Notes under the pieces: generated by a model
What the model saw: only the letters and a program-made list of their open reading frames with translations
The model's database searches: none
What the model was told of the DNA's origin: nothing
Origin: an uncultured Candidatus Saccharibacteria bacterium
Lineage (GTDB): Bacteria; Patescibacteriota; Minisyncoccia; Phycocordibacterales; CAIRYW01
DNA length: 64,000 bases
Reading direction: 5' to 3'
Assembly (NCBI GenBank): GCA_964386665.1
Contig: CAYLQP010000005.1
Span: forward strand, 177 to 64,176
Shown: positions 40,637 through 48,003 of the stretch, piece by piece
Layout of the letters: every line of letters begins with the position of its first letter
Position numbering within the stretch: the stretch's first letter is position 1
Made by a program: the position numbers and the translations under genes

Positions 40637-41314
40637 TTACAGTTTTAATTCTCCTTTTACTTCCCCCCAAACAATCTCATGAATTTCTTCAATCGAACGA
40701 AGAGTGTCTCCATCCATACAATCAATGCGCTTCCAAAAAGGTTCCCGTTTGAGCATAAAGAGTCCTGCTTCTTTTGAGTTGTGTAAATATTCAAAATCAC
40801 TGTCCGCTACGTCTCTTACTCCCTCTCGAGCCAAGATCAGTTGTTTTGACACATCTTCAGACACATCAAGATACAACACCATATCAGGTTTTAATACGCC
40901 AAGTGTCTGGTATTCCATCACAGAAAGCCAATCAAGAAACTTGTTTCTTTCACTTTCTTCTTTCATCTTCCCTCCTTGATGAATCTGATTACTTGAAACA
41001 TAACGATCGAGTATCACCACCTTTCCTTTATCAAGCCAATGGCGCAACTGCGAAATAGTTTCAAACCGGTCACACGCATAGAGGACCGATGTCACCTTCG
41101 GATCCATCTGCATAAAATTTCCGTGATGGCCATCCAGACATTCTCGAATTAGTTTCCCAAAAAGATTTTTTTCGTATTGAGGAAACCGTAGTGTCTCAAC
41201 AGAAACCCCTTCTTTTTTTAGTCGCAAAAAAAGCGCTTCAGTCTGAGTTGTCTTCCCACTCCCATCGGTCCCTTCAATAACAATAAGTTTTCCTCGTTTT
41301 AATTCGTGATTCAT
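40637..41314 (-). CDS. tmk: Thymidylate kinase
   Basis: P-loop IVIEGTDGSGKTTQ, DRY motif (ILDRYVSS), and a LID region. Confidence 0.88.
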   Translation of the reverse strand: MNHELKRGKLIVIEGTDGSGKTTQTEALFLRLKKEGVSVETLRFPQYEKNLFGKLIRECLDGHHGNFMQMDPKVTSVLYACDRFETISQLRHWLDKGKVVILDRYVSSNQIHQGGKMKEESERNKFLDWLSVMEYQTLGVLKPDMVLYLDVSEDVSKQLILAREGVRDVADSDFEYLHNSKEAGLFMLKREPFWKRIDCMDGDTLRSIEEIHEIVWGEVKGELKL

Positions 41315-41383
41315 TATGTGTATTAGTATAATATAGGAAGCACATACAAACTACTCCTCCACCACCTCTACCATATTCACCCA

Positions 41384-41896
41384 ATGAAAACACTCATTTT
41401 CTTTGTTCTTTTCATTTTAATTTCAAATGTTTCCGCCGCGTTATTTTCACTTCGATACGAAAGCACAACACCAAACCACCTCACCCTTCAGACAAATGAA
41501 GGAGTGACACAGCTTCCGACAGGAAGGATGTCTTCGATCGTCATCTCACTTCTTCAATATGAAGGTGCAATCCTCGTATCAATAAAACACGAGTCACTCG
41601 CAACCAGTTTTGATCTGAAGTATTCTCCAGAGACACTTCGCTTACGTGCAGATATTCTCGGAACACACGAAACTCACCTTTCATTTCAAGACACCGACAC
41701 TGCTTCTCTTTCTCTCTTTGACGGTTTTCAAATGGAACTTGATATAACACACACCCGAGAGTTACATTTTGATTTTGTAGGAGACGTAAGCGGATCATTT
41801 GAAGTGTATTTTGAAGAAGCGGTTCCCGAACCATTTCCCTTCTTCTTTCTTCTTTGTGCAGGGGTGATGCTCTCACAAAGAAATCGCCTCTCCTAA
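41384..41896 (+). CDS. Secreted protein with a PEP-CTERM-like C-terminal sorting signal
   Basis: Signal peptide MKTLIFFVLFILISNVSAA. C-terminus ...AVPEPFPFFFLLCAGVMLSQRNRLS (VPEP + TM helix + basic tail). Confidence 0.5.
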   Translation: MKTLIFFVLFILISNVSAALFSLRYESTTPNHLTLQTNEGVTQLPTGRMSSIVISLLQYEGAILVSIKHESLATSFDLKYSPETLRLRADILGTHETHLSFQDTDTASLSLFDGFQMELDITHTRELHFDFVGDVSGSFEVYFEEAVPEPFPFFFLLCAGVMLSQRNRLS

Positions 41897-41930
41897 AGAA
41901 GAGAGGTTTTTTTAAATCAATTAGAAAGCA

Positions 41931-41960
41931 AAAAACGGCCACCCTAAGGTGGCCGTTTTT
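41931..41960. terminator. Hairpin terminator (aaaaacggccaccctaaggtggccgttttt). A second hairpin lies upstream at 41887-41913.
   Basis: Two consecutive stem-loops downstream of 41384..41896. Confidence 0.6.
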
Positions 41961-42088
41961 TTGTCCTCACTTTCGGAAGAATCTTTCTCGAGGAGAGAGA
42001 TTTGCACAAAAAATATAGATATTTTTCATATAAAAAAGATTCTCCCAAAAGTAAGCTGGATCTGCTCCAGTTGCATATACAATACACT

Positions 42089-42133
42089 GCGCCGAAATTT
42101 TGAACAACTTCGTTGTACTCAAAATTTCGGCGC
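42089..42133. repeat. 45-nt palindrome (gcgccgaaattttga ... tcaaaatttcggcgc) with a 15-bp stem
   Basis: Read directly. It shares the CGCCGAAATT core with the hairpin at 46462-46482 and is followed by the ccctatca motif that starts the r1 repeats. Confidence 0.7.
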
Positions 42134-42360
42134 CCTATCACCCCACCACACTCGTGATGAAGTGAACAAGTTGGAGAAAGATCTTACACTTTCTCCAGAA
42201 ATCAAAGAACTTCTATCTCGTTACACCAAGCCCTTCTTGATGTATATTTTCTACGTGCGAGCACACGATCATTTTTCGGTATGATTACCTTCTATGTGAA
42301 AGGAGTTAGTTTCTTCCTGCTCTCACTTCTGTTCACACGGCAAGAGAGTGCCGCGGTTCC

Positions 42361-42714
42361 TTACTCGGGATTGCCAGTAACAACAACGAGTCCATTGTGG
42401 TCATCGGACATAACTTTGACATCATATCCACTTCCCATAATTGCATCTTCAAACGCTTGCAACTCCTCCATGGTGGTGTATTCCACCCCGAGGAAAACTG
42501 CAGGTCGTCCGTTTTGCACGGCTCGTACTGCTCTCGCTATCAAATCCGCTCCACCCCAAGCAATCGTTTCGTCACGACCGGCTTCGGAGAAATCAATCTC
42601 CCAAGACCAACCCTTCCGAACAAACTCTCCCAGGAGAGCTATTGGATTTTGACCACTTGGAACTTCACGAGTTTGACCTTCGTATGGTCCAGTCAAAGCA
42701 GTTACTTTGATCAT
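42361..42714 (-). CDS. Hypothetical protein (117 aa), mid-GC
   Basis: Clean ORF whose start codon lies 2 nt from repeat r1a. No motif. Confidence 0.4.
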   Translation of the reverse strand: MIKVTALTGPYEGQTREVPSGQNPIALLGEFVRKGWSWEIDFSEAGRDETIAWGGADLIARAVRAVQNGRPAVFLGVEYTTMEELQAFEDAIMGSGYDVKVMSDDHNGLVVVTGNPE

Positions 42715-42715
42715 A

Positions 42716-42880
42716 CCCTATCAGTCCACAAGGCTTTGCAGACTGAATTGGGAGGAGCTTCGATGTTACCAACACCGAAGCTCCTTGTAACCATTTTGCT
42801 TCCTCACGGAAGCAAAAATTTTTTCTCATTTTCAAAGGCAGAGAAATTCTCCTTCCTATTATTCATCCCGCATAGGTGCG
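42716..42880. repeat. Composite repeat module, copy 1: r1a (ccctatcagtccacaaggctttgcagactgaattgggaggag) + hairpin 1 + the ~93-bp r2a
   Basis: r1 recurs at 43732 and 46429. r2 (aaccattttgcttcctcacggaagcaaaa...cgcataggtgcg) recurs at 44094-44185 with one mismatch. Confidence 0.85.
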
Positions 42881-42888
42881 TTTGTTAC

Positions 42889-43590
42889 TTAATTATCAAC
42901 GATCTCCGTGCATTGTGACCAACACGGATGAGCTTTCTTACTCACCGGAAGGTTGTGTGCTTCATCAAGAGTCTTTTGCAGAACCTTAAGCAGGCTCTGC
43001 AAGACTTCTGCCGACATAAACATAGGCTCTGCCCATAGGTGAATTTCTGCCACCTGTTTACTGACCAACCCATTATGATCAGCCACCTCTTCGGCGATCA
43101 CAGCCCAAGGCCCAGAGGTCTCGAGGGTCCACGCCTGCCCCCACCAATAAGTGGTAGGGCGGCCATTGCCACCTTCTTCCAGTATGACTGGGAAATTTTG
43201 GTACGTGGCTGGCACGGTACTCCGTGCCGTTGGATAGTAACAATGAAGATTTTGCTGATAACCCTTCAGCAGAACCTTTTCATCCGCCTGGTGATGGCGG
43301 ATGATTTTATACGACACGCCCTTGTCGTATAAAAACTTCATGACAGGACATCCCGGGGGAGTCCGAAGAAAACAGTACGCAGACCGCGTACTGTTGTGAA
43401 AAGTTATGTACCCGTCGCTGGGTACATTAAATTTCCACAAATCTTTCTGCGCTGCACCCGAGGTGCTGCGCAGACAAAATTTTCCCTCCTCCATCCACCC
43501 CCACCAGGAGTGGTAAAAATTTTTCTGTTCCGTGGCGGAGGTGCCACGGAGTTCTTGTTTGATCTGGGCGATTATGAATGACCGTTCCAT
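42889..43590 (-). CDS. Hypothetical protein (233 aa), Trp/His-rich, mid-GC
   Basis: Sits between repeat module copies. No recognised motif. Confidence 0.4.
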   Translation of the reverse strand: MERSFIIAQIKQELRGTSATEQKNFYHSWWGWMEEGKFCLRSTSGAAQKDLWKFNVPSDGYITFHNSTRSAYCFLRTPPGCPVMKFLYDKGVSYKIIRHHQADEKVLLKGYQQNLHCYYPTARSTVPATYQNFPVILEEGGNGRPTTYWWGQAWTLETSGPWAVIAEEVADHNGLVSKQVAEIHLWAEPMFMSAEVLQSLLKVLQKTLDEAHNLPVSKKAHPCWSQCTEIVDN

Positions 43591-43731
43591 TTTTATTTTT
43601 CTTCCTTTAAATTCTCAGCGCGAAAGAAAACGCTATATCTGATTTTGTGCAGAGTTCTATTTATATTAACCTGCGTATTTTTATATCAAATCAGAAAGAT
43701 ATGTTTTGTTGGTTCAAAACCTAGGTTCACT

Positions 43732-43797
43732 CCTATCAATCCACAAGGCTTTGCAGACTGAATTGGGAGGAGCACAAGTAACCAAACTCGTGCTCCT
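43732..43797. repeat. Repeat r1b + hairpin 2 (aggagcacaag-taaccaaa-ctcgtgctcct)
   Basis: Same 5' flank gaattgggagga and the same loop taaccaaac as hairpins 1 and 3, but with a different, compensated stem sequence. Confidence 0.8.
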
Positions 43798-43825
43798 AAA
43801 TAAATGTTTCTCCTAATAAAAGGAG

Positions 43826-43852
43826 ATAAGGGAGACGGGACTCGAACCCGCA
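43826..43852 (-). tRNA. tRNA-like 3' fragment (T-arm GCGGGTTCGAGTCCCGT + acceptor 3' strand CTCCCTT); no 5' half found
   Basis: The reverse complement reads gcgggttcgagtcccgtctccctta, a canonical T-stem/T-loop. No D-arm or anticodon arm could be fitted upstream, so it looks like a remnant or attachment-site duplicate. Confidence 0.45.
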
Positions 43853-44049
43853 TAAGATTGTTACCACACCACGTTTTCCATTAAATCAAGCCATATGCAT
43901 CGAAAATCGATGCTTTTTGTACTTTTTTTAAAACGCGTAGCAGCTCCAATCCTCGATTGCTCGTACAGCCTTCGCAGGCTTGCGCTTTGTCCGATTTAAG
44001 CTACTCCCCCCTAAAGAACCCTATGAACCAACGACGCTTGTCGCGGGTT

Positions 44050-44185
44050 CAATTGGGAGGAAGTGCGACGTAACCAAACATCGCACTTCCTTTAACCATT
44101 TTGCTTCCTCACGGAAGCAAAAACTTTTTCTCATTTTCAAAGGCAGAGAAATTCTCCTTCCTATTATTCATCCCGCATAGGTGCG
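44050..44185. repeat. Hairpin 3 (ggaagtgcgacg-taaccaaaca-tcgcacttcc) + r2b (93-bp near-identical copy of r2a)
   Basis: 44094-44185 matches 42789-42880 with a single t/c difference. Confidence 0.85.
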
Positions 44186-44193
44186 GTGTTTTT

Positions 44194-45732
44194 TTAATTT
44201 GCAGACGACCGGGAGTTCCAGAATCTGCCAAGGGCGACGCGCGCAGTAGACTGCGCGCGCGACTCCTTATTGAGGAGCCACTGCACCGGGACAAAGCGCC
44301 GGTGTGCCCAGCCGTTCGCCGCCATAAAGGCGGCGGTGCCACGCTCGCAGTTGCCTGCAGCGTAGCTATCCGCGAGACAAGCGAGGACGGTAACGTTCGC
44401 CGGCAACTCCAGACCATTGGCTTTCGCCTCACGGTCTTGTGTTGCCCAGGCCTCGGCCGCAAGTCGGATGGCATACCTCTGCCAATACTTGGCAGATCCG
44501 CCGACTTTTTTTCCAGCATCCTCCTTAGGTCGGATTATTTCTAATCCGTTGCCCCAGGCACGGCTGACCTGGGACCATTCCGAGGTCTGGAGGATAGCCT
44601 CAGTTGGTTGCTCTGAAGGCAACCAACTGAGGTGATACGTCCGCCCTGTGGCAATATTCTTCACCACAGTCTGCCTGCGCAGACCAGTGCACCGCCGACG
44701 GTAAAAGTCGGCAACCAACCCCTCCACCACCTCGTGGCCGCGAAGTGTAGCTGAAGCCACAACAAACATTTTGACTCCGTCATCCTGCCGCATGGGCGGC
44801 AGAATGATTTGATCATAATGTTGCCCTTCCGCCATTCTCTGGCGGAAGAATTCCCGAGCCTCGGGCACCATCGCCCGCCACTGATCGTGGTGGAATCCGC
44901 GGAACCGAACGAATTCGGTGACGCGGAATTTTTCGATATGCACTCCAGTGAAGTGTGCGAGGGTCCGTAGGGCCAACCGCTGACCCAGCTTATTCCCGCG
45001 TTTTGGCCCGCGGGGAGCCGCAAGTTCACCCATCACAACCGTCCAAGGGACGGACTCAATCCCGAAGGGACCGAGAATTTCTTTCGCCCGGCAGAGGCCG
45101 GACGAAATCGCCCGGTATGCCCTGCCAGGTGTTTCCCACCTCTCCATCGAGGAGCCGGTGAGAAATGCGGTCATGTGACCGCAGTGATGATTGCGGGGCG
45201 AGTTCATTCCTCGCAACGGCGCTTTTGCGAGCGCCGTTGCGGCGCGGCGAAACCATGCGGGATGTTCCCCCACCAGTTCCCCCATGGCTTTCATCCAGCC
45301 TGCGGTGCGAGCGCACCGCTCCATGTCAGCGGCTGGCACTCTGTGCCAACCATGCCAGCACATGGAGCCTACAAACTGGCTGGGGCAGGTGCCCCAGTTC
45401 GATGGTAGGATAGGGGTTTCATTACCCCCCTCATATGTTGGTGGCCCTGATAGGGCTGCCAGTGCATCCTTGAGTGGCTTTTCGCCACTCGTGAGAATCC
45501 GCGCAATTACTGCACGGGTTGATGTGTCCCCCCAGCGGTTTGCACCACCGGGGAATTTATTTTTTTTACCAAACGCTCCTCTCGGGCGCACGAGGCGCCG
45601 ACAATCGGCCTCACGGCCGAGGAAGAAACGCAGGTCACGGATTGAAAACAATGAAAACTTCATTGTTTGATGACAGGTAACGTTACTGCAGACGGAAACT
45701 GTTTTTCGCAATATGCGAGTCGGATGTTTCAA
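44194..45732 (-). CDS. Hypothetical 512-aa protein in a ~60% GC insert (possible replication or transposition function; unassigned)
   Basis: An uninterrupted 1.5-kb ORF in GC-rich DNA, which is unlikely by chance. Rich in R, W, H and C. Contains AHFTGVHI and KYWQRY (YxxxY) about 160 aa apart, which weakly resembles HUH-nuclease motif order. No firm family assignment. Confidence 0.45.
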   Translation of the reverse strand: MKHPTRILRKTVSVCSNVTCHQTMKFSLFSIRDLRFFLGREADCRRLVRPRGAFGKKNKFPGGANRWGDTSTRAVIARILTSGEKPLKDALAALSGPPTYEGGNETPILPSNWGTCPSQFVGSMCWHGWHRVPAADMERCARTAGWMKAMGELVGEHPAWFRRAATALAKAPLRGMNSPRNHHCGHMTAFLTGSSMERWETPGRAYRAISSGLCRAKEILGPFGIESVPWTVVMGELAAPRGPKRGNKLGQRLALRTLAHFTGVHIEKFRVTEFVRFRGFHHDQWRAMVPEAREFFRQRMAEGQHYDQIILPPMRQDDGVKMFVVASATLRGHEVVEGLVADFYRRRCTGLRRQTVVKNIATGRTYHLSWLPSEQPTEAILQTSEWSQVSRAWGNGLEIIRPKEDAGKKVGGSAKYWQRYAIRLAAEAWATQDREAKANGLELPANVTVLACLADSYAAGNCERGTAAFMAANGWAHRRFVPVQWLLNKESRAQSTARVALGRFWNSRSSAN

Positions 45733-45966
45733 CGACTACTTTCTAGTTTTACCCTCCCTCATACGAGTTTAGGTTCCAGAAAAGCATTTTGACCGCAAAA
45801 TAAATTGTAGGCACAAAATGCTTTTCTGGAAAATCCTATCGCAAACAAAAACTTTGACACTTTTGTTTGCGAACAAGATGCAGAAAATTAACCAAAATTT
45901 TCTGCAAAAACCTTTCCAACACTTCACCCCACCACGGAGTATGGTAGTTGGCCTACCATCGTTTCT

Positions 45967-46395
45967 TCAGAGGTCGAATTGCTCAACCTCTTCGACACTG
46001 GCCGGGATGGCCAGCACGTTGGTCTCCCCGCGGGAGACCCTGTTGATCTCCCGCATCACTGCGGGAGACCCGAGTGACCGAAGCGCGAAGCGCGCTCCGG
46101 TCTTCCGCATCGGGATCATCCCAATGCGACCGAGTAGTTCGGCGCGACTCAGGTCGCGCCGAATGATTTCGAGAGGGAGAGCGATCTCGGTACCCTCCCC
46201 CTCAATGCGCAGTACAATCTTGACCAACTCCTGCGCGAGCTGGCGGGTGCGCCTTGCGGCAACCCAGAGAGCCACGGCGGCAATACCGCCGATGGCCCCG
46301 CAAATGTCGGCCACGCCACTGACGAAATCCATGAAACTCATGGCAGCCCCGGATCTACCCCGGTAACTCCGCAATTTTGAGCGCGTGATCCTCAA
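45967..46395 (-). CDS. Hypothetical 142-aa protein in the high-GC insert (one TM helix)
   Basis: Co-oriented with the 512-aa ORF. Hydrophobic segment FVSGVADICGAIGGIAAVALWVAA. Competing ORFs exist in other frames because of GC richness. Confidence 0.3.
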   Translation of the reverse strand: MRITRSKLRSYRGRSGAAMSFMDFVSGVADICGAIGGIAAVALWVAARRTRQLAQELVKIVLRIEGEGTEIALPLEIIRRDLSRAELLGRIGMIPMRKTGARFALRSLGSPAVMREINRVSRGETNVLAIPASVEEVEQFDL

Positions 46396-46428
46396 TTTTG
46401 AGCTGAAGTGAAATGCTCTAGGTTTTTT

Positions 46429-46482
46429 CCTATCAACTTACAAGCTTTGCAAGCTGAATAAGACGCCGAAATTGCTTTCGGC
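46429..46482. repeat. Repeat r1c (cctatcaacttacaagctttgcaagctgaat) + hairpin 4 (gccgaaattgctttcggc)
   Basis: Third r1 copy, located exactly at the distal edge of the high-GC insert. Confidence 0.75.
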
Positions 46483-47239
46483 TACTTATAACCACAAGCA
46501 AGTAAAAAGCGAAAGTATTCTTTCTTTTTTTACGAGTCGCCGTGGTTGTATACCAAAAATTTAAATAGAATTTTTGGTATATAAAGAAAAACGTTTAGCA
46601 TCTCTTTGGTGCATCACCTTTTTCTTCATCTGTCCTCATCTTACGATATTTCACAAGCTCATAACCCGTGTCGTAAAACTCAAACTATTTAGTTTTCAAA
46701 ATCCATAGTACGACCCGATGGTTATACTATCCCTCTTGATTTTGGTTACTCTCTCCTCAGAGAATTTCCCTCTATCTGGGATATTCCTCAAGACAAAGTT
46801 GGTTAGACTTTCTCTCGAGACGATATCCCCTCGAACTATGTTCGAGATGTTCTCGTGTCACGAAGTGTTTGGGTTGCCCGAAACGTCTTCTTGTATATAT
46901 AGACTGGTTTCTAAGCACTCTATATTCATCGAAGCTTCGCCTTTAGAAACAAGGTGTACAAAAGGGTGCTATTCACGCCGGCTTACTTAGGCCTTTGTAG
47001 ATCTTCACTCTCTCCTCAGAGGTGTGAAGAACACTCTTTTATCTACCTTCTCAATGTTCTTTACTGTGAATAGTATAGCATCTTCTTTACATATTGTCAA
47101 TAATGTGTGGCAATTTATTATTTAATCATCGAATATATTGTGACAAAAGGCTAAAAACTCTTATTTTTAGTTATCCACTTGTCATAAACTTGTGACAGTA
47201 TTATACTATAAGTACATTATGAAATAACCCATATAACGT

Positions 47240-47995
47240 ATGTACCAAGAATATCTTGCAAAATCAGGGCTTTCGAAAGATCAGGCAACTATATATGACC
47301 TTCTTCTTCAATATGGAAATATTGGGGCTAGTAAGCTATCTAAACTCTCTGGGCTTAAACGAGGGCTCACCTACAAAGTGATTGATCAACTTATTGAACT
47401 TGGGCTTTGTGAGAAAAACGACAAACTATCGAAGATAACTCTTTTCTTCCCTGCCCATCCTTCAAAAATCAAAGAGTTATTTGAAAAGAAAAAAGAAGAA
47501 GCCAAACTTGCTGAAGAAGCACTTACGGGAATGATGGGACAAATGATCTCAACCTTTAACCTCGCTTCTGGTAAACCTAATGTGCAGTTTTTTGAGGGGC
47601 TGGAGGGGGTATGGAAAGTACTGGAAGATTCTTTGACTGCAACCACAACCATTGATGCGTACAGTGATATTGAATCAATCGAAAAATATATTCCTGAAGT
47701 AAATAAAAAATATGTAGAGAAGCGTGAAAAATTTAAAATCAAAAAACGAGGACTTATCCTCGATACTCCAAAAGCTCGCGCACTTCTTGAGGGATACCAT
47801 ACAGATGTAACAGAAAATAAATTTATAAAATGCTCACTTACTCCAAACCAAACACAGACAATCATTCAAATTTATGAAAACAAAGTTTCATTTATTACTC
47901 TTGGCGAAAACACAATGTTTGGAACAATTATTGAAGATATTCATATTTATGAATTACATAAATATCTCTACCAATCTTTGTGGGAGAAGTTTTAA
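47240..47995 (+). CDS. TrmB-like transcriptional regulator (N-terminal winged HTH)
   Basis: LSKDQATIYDLLLQYGNIGASKLSKLSGLKRGLTYKVIDQLIELGL matches a TrmB-type HTH. 251 aa. Confidence 0.55.
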   Translation: MYQEYLAKSGLSKDQATIYDLLLQYGNIGASKLSKLSGLKRGLTYKVIDQLIELGLCEKNDKLSKITLFFPAHPSKIKELFEKKKEEAKLAEEALTGMMGQMISTFNLASGKPNVQFFEGLEGVWKVLEDSLTATTTIDAYSDIESIEKYIPEVNKKYVEKREKFKIKKRGLILDTPKARALLEGYHTDVTENKFIKCSLTPNQTQTIIQIYENKVSFITLGENTMFGTIIEDIHIYELHKYLYQSLWEKF

Positions 47996-48003
47996 AAGAC
48001 CCA

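Larger units (their letters stand above)
42716..46482. mobile_element. Putative integrated accessory element / cassette region bounded by r1 repeats (part of a wider atypical island, ~41340-47240)
   Basis: Three r1 direct repeats, a duplicated r2, a tRNA 3' fragment and a sharp GC jump (about 38% to 60%) at 44190-46400. All genes inside are hypothetical. Confidence 0.4.

Noticed and set aside
43826-44010. Possible tmRNA (tRNA-like 3' end, with a 5' GGGGGAG that could pair with the 3' acceptor strand via G-U pairs)
   Set aside because: Only ~185 nt, against ~300-400 for typical tmRNA. No convincing tag ORF ending in (A/V)-A-A. No resume-codon context.
42789-44185. r2a/r2b as a template/variable repeat pair of a diversity-generating retroelement
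   Set aside because: No reverse transcriptase nearby. The single difference is T/C rather than adenine-specific. The repeats are not at the 3' end of a target gene in the coding frame.
44101-44544. 147-aa plus-strand ORF starting inside repeat r2b
   Set aside because: Begins in the non-coding repeat and runs antisense to the 512-aa ORF; one of many GC-driven spurious ORFs in 44100-46400. The ORFs at 44109..44519, 44661..45029, 45056..45316, 45165..45413, 45191..45670 and 45818..46366 were rejected likewise.
42716-46482. CRISPR array
   Set aside because: Only three r1 copies at irregular 1.0-kb and 2.7-kb spacing, with protein-coding genes between them. No short regular repeat-spacer periodicity anywhere in the window.
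46483-47239. RNase P RNA
   Set aside because: A CGCCGGCTTA string resembles the P4 3' strand, but no GAAAGUCCGG(G) 5' partner and no other conserved RNase P elements are present.
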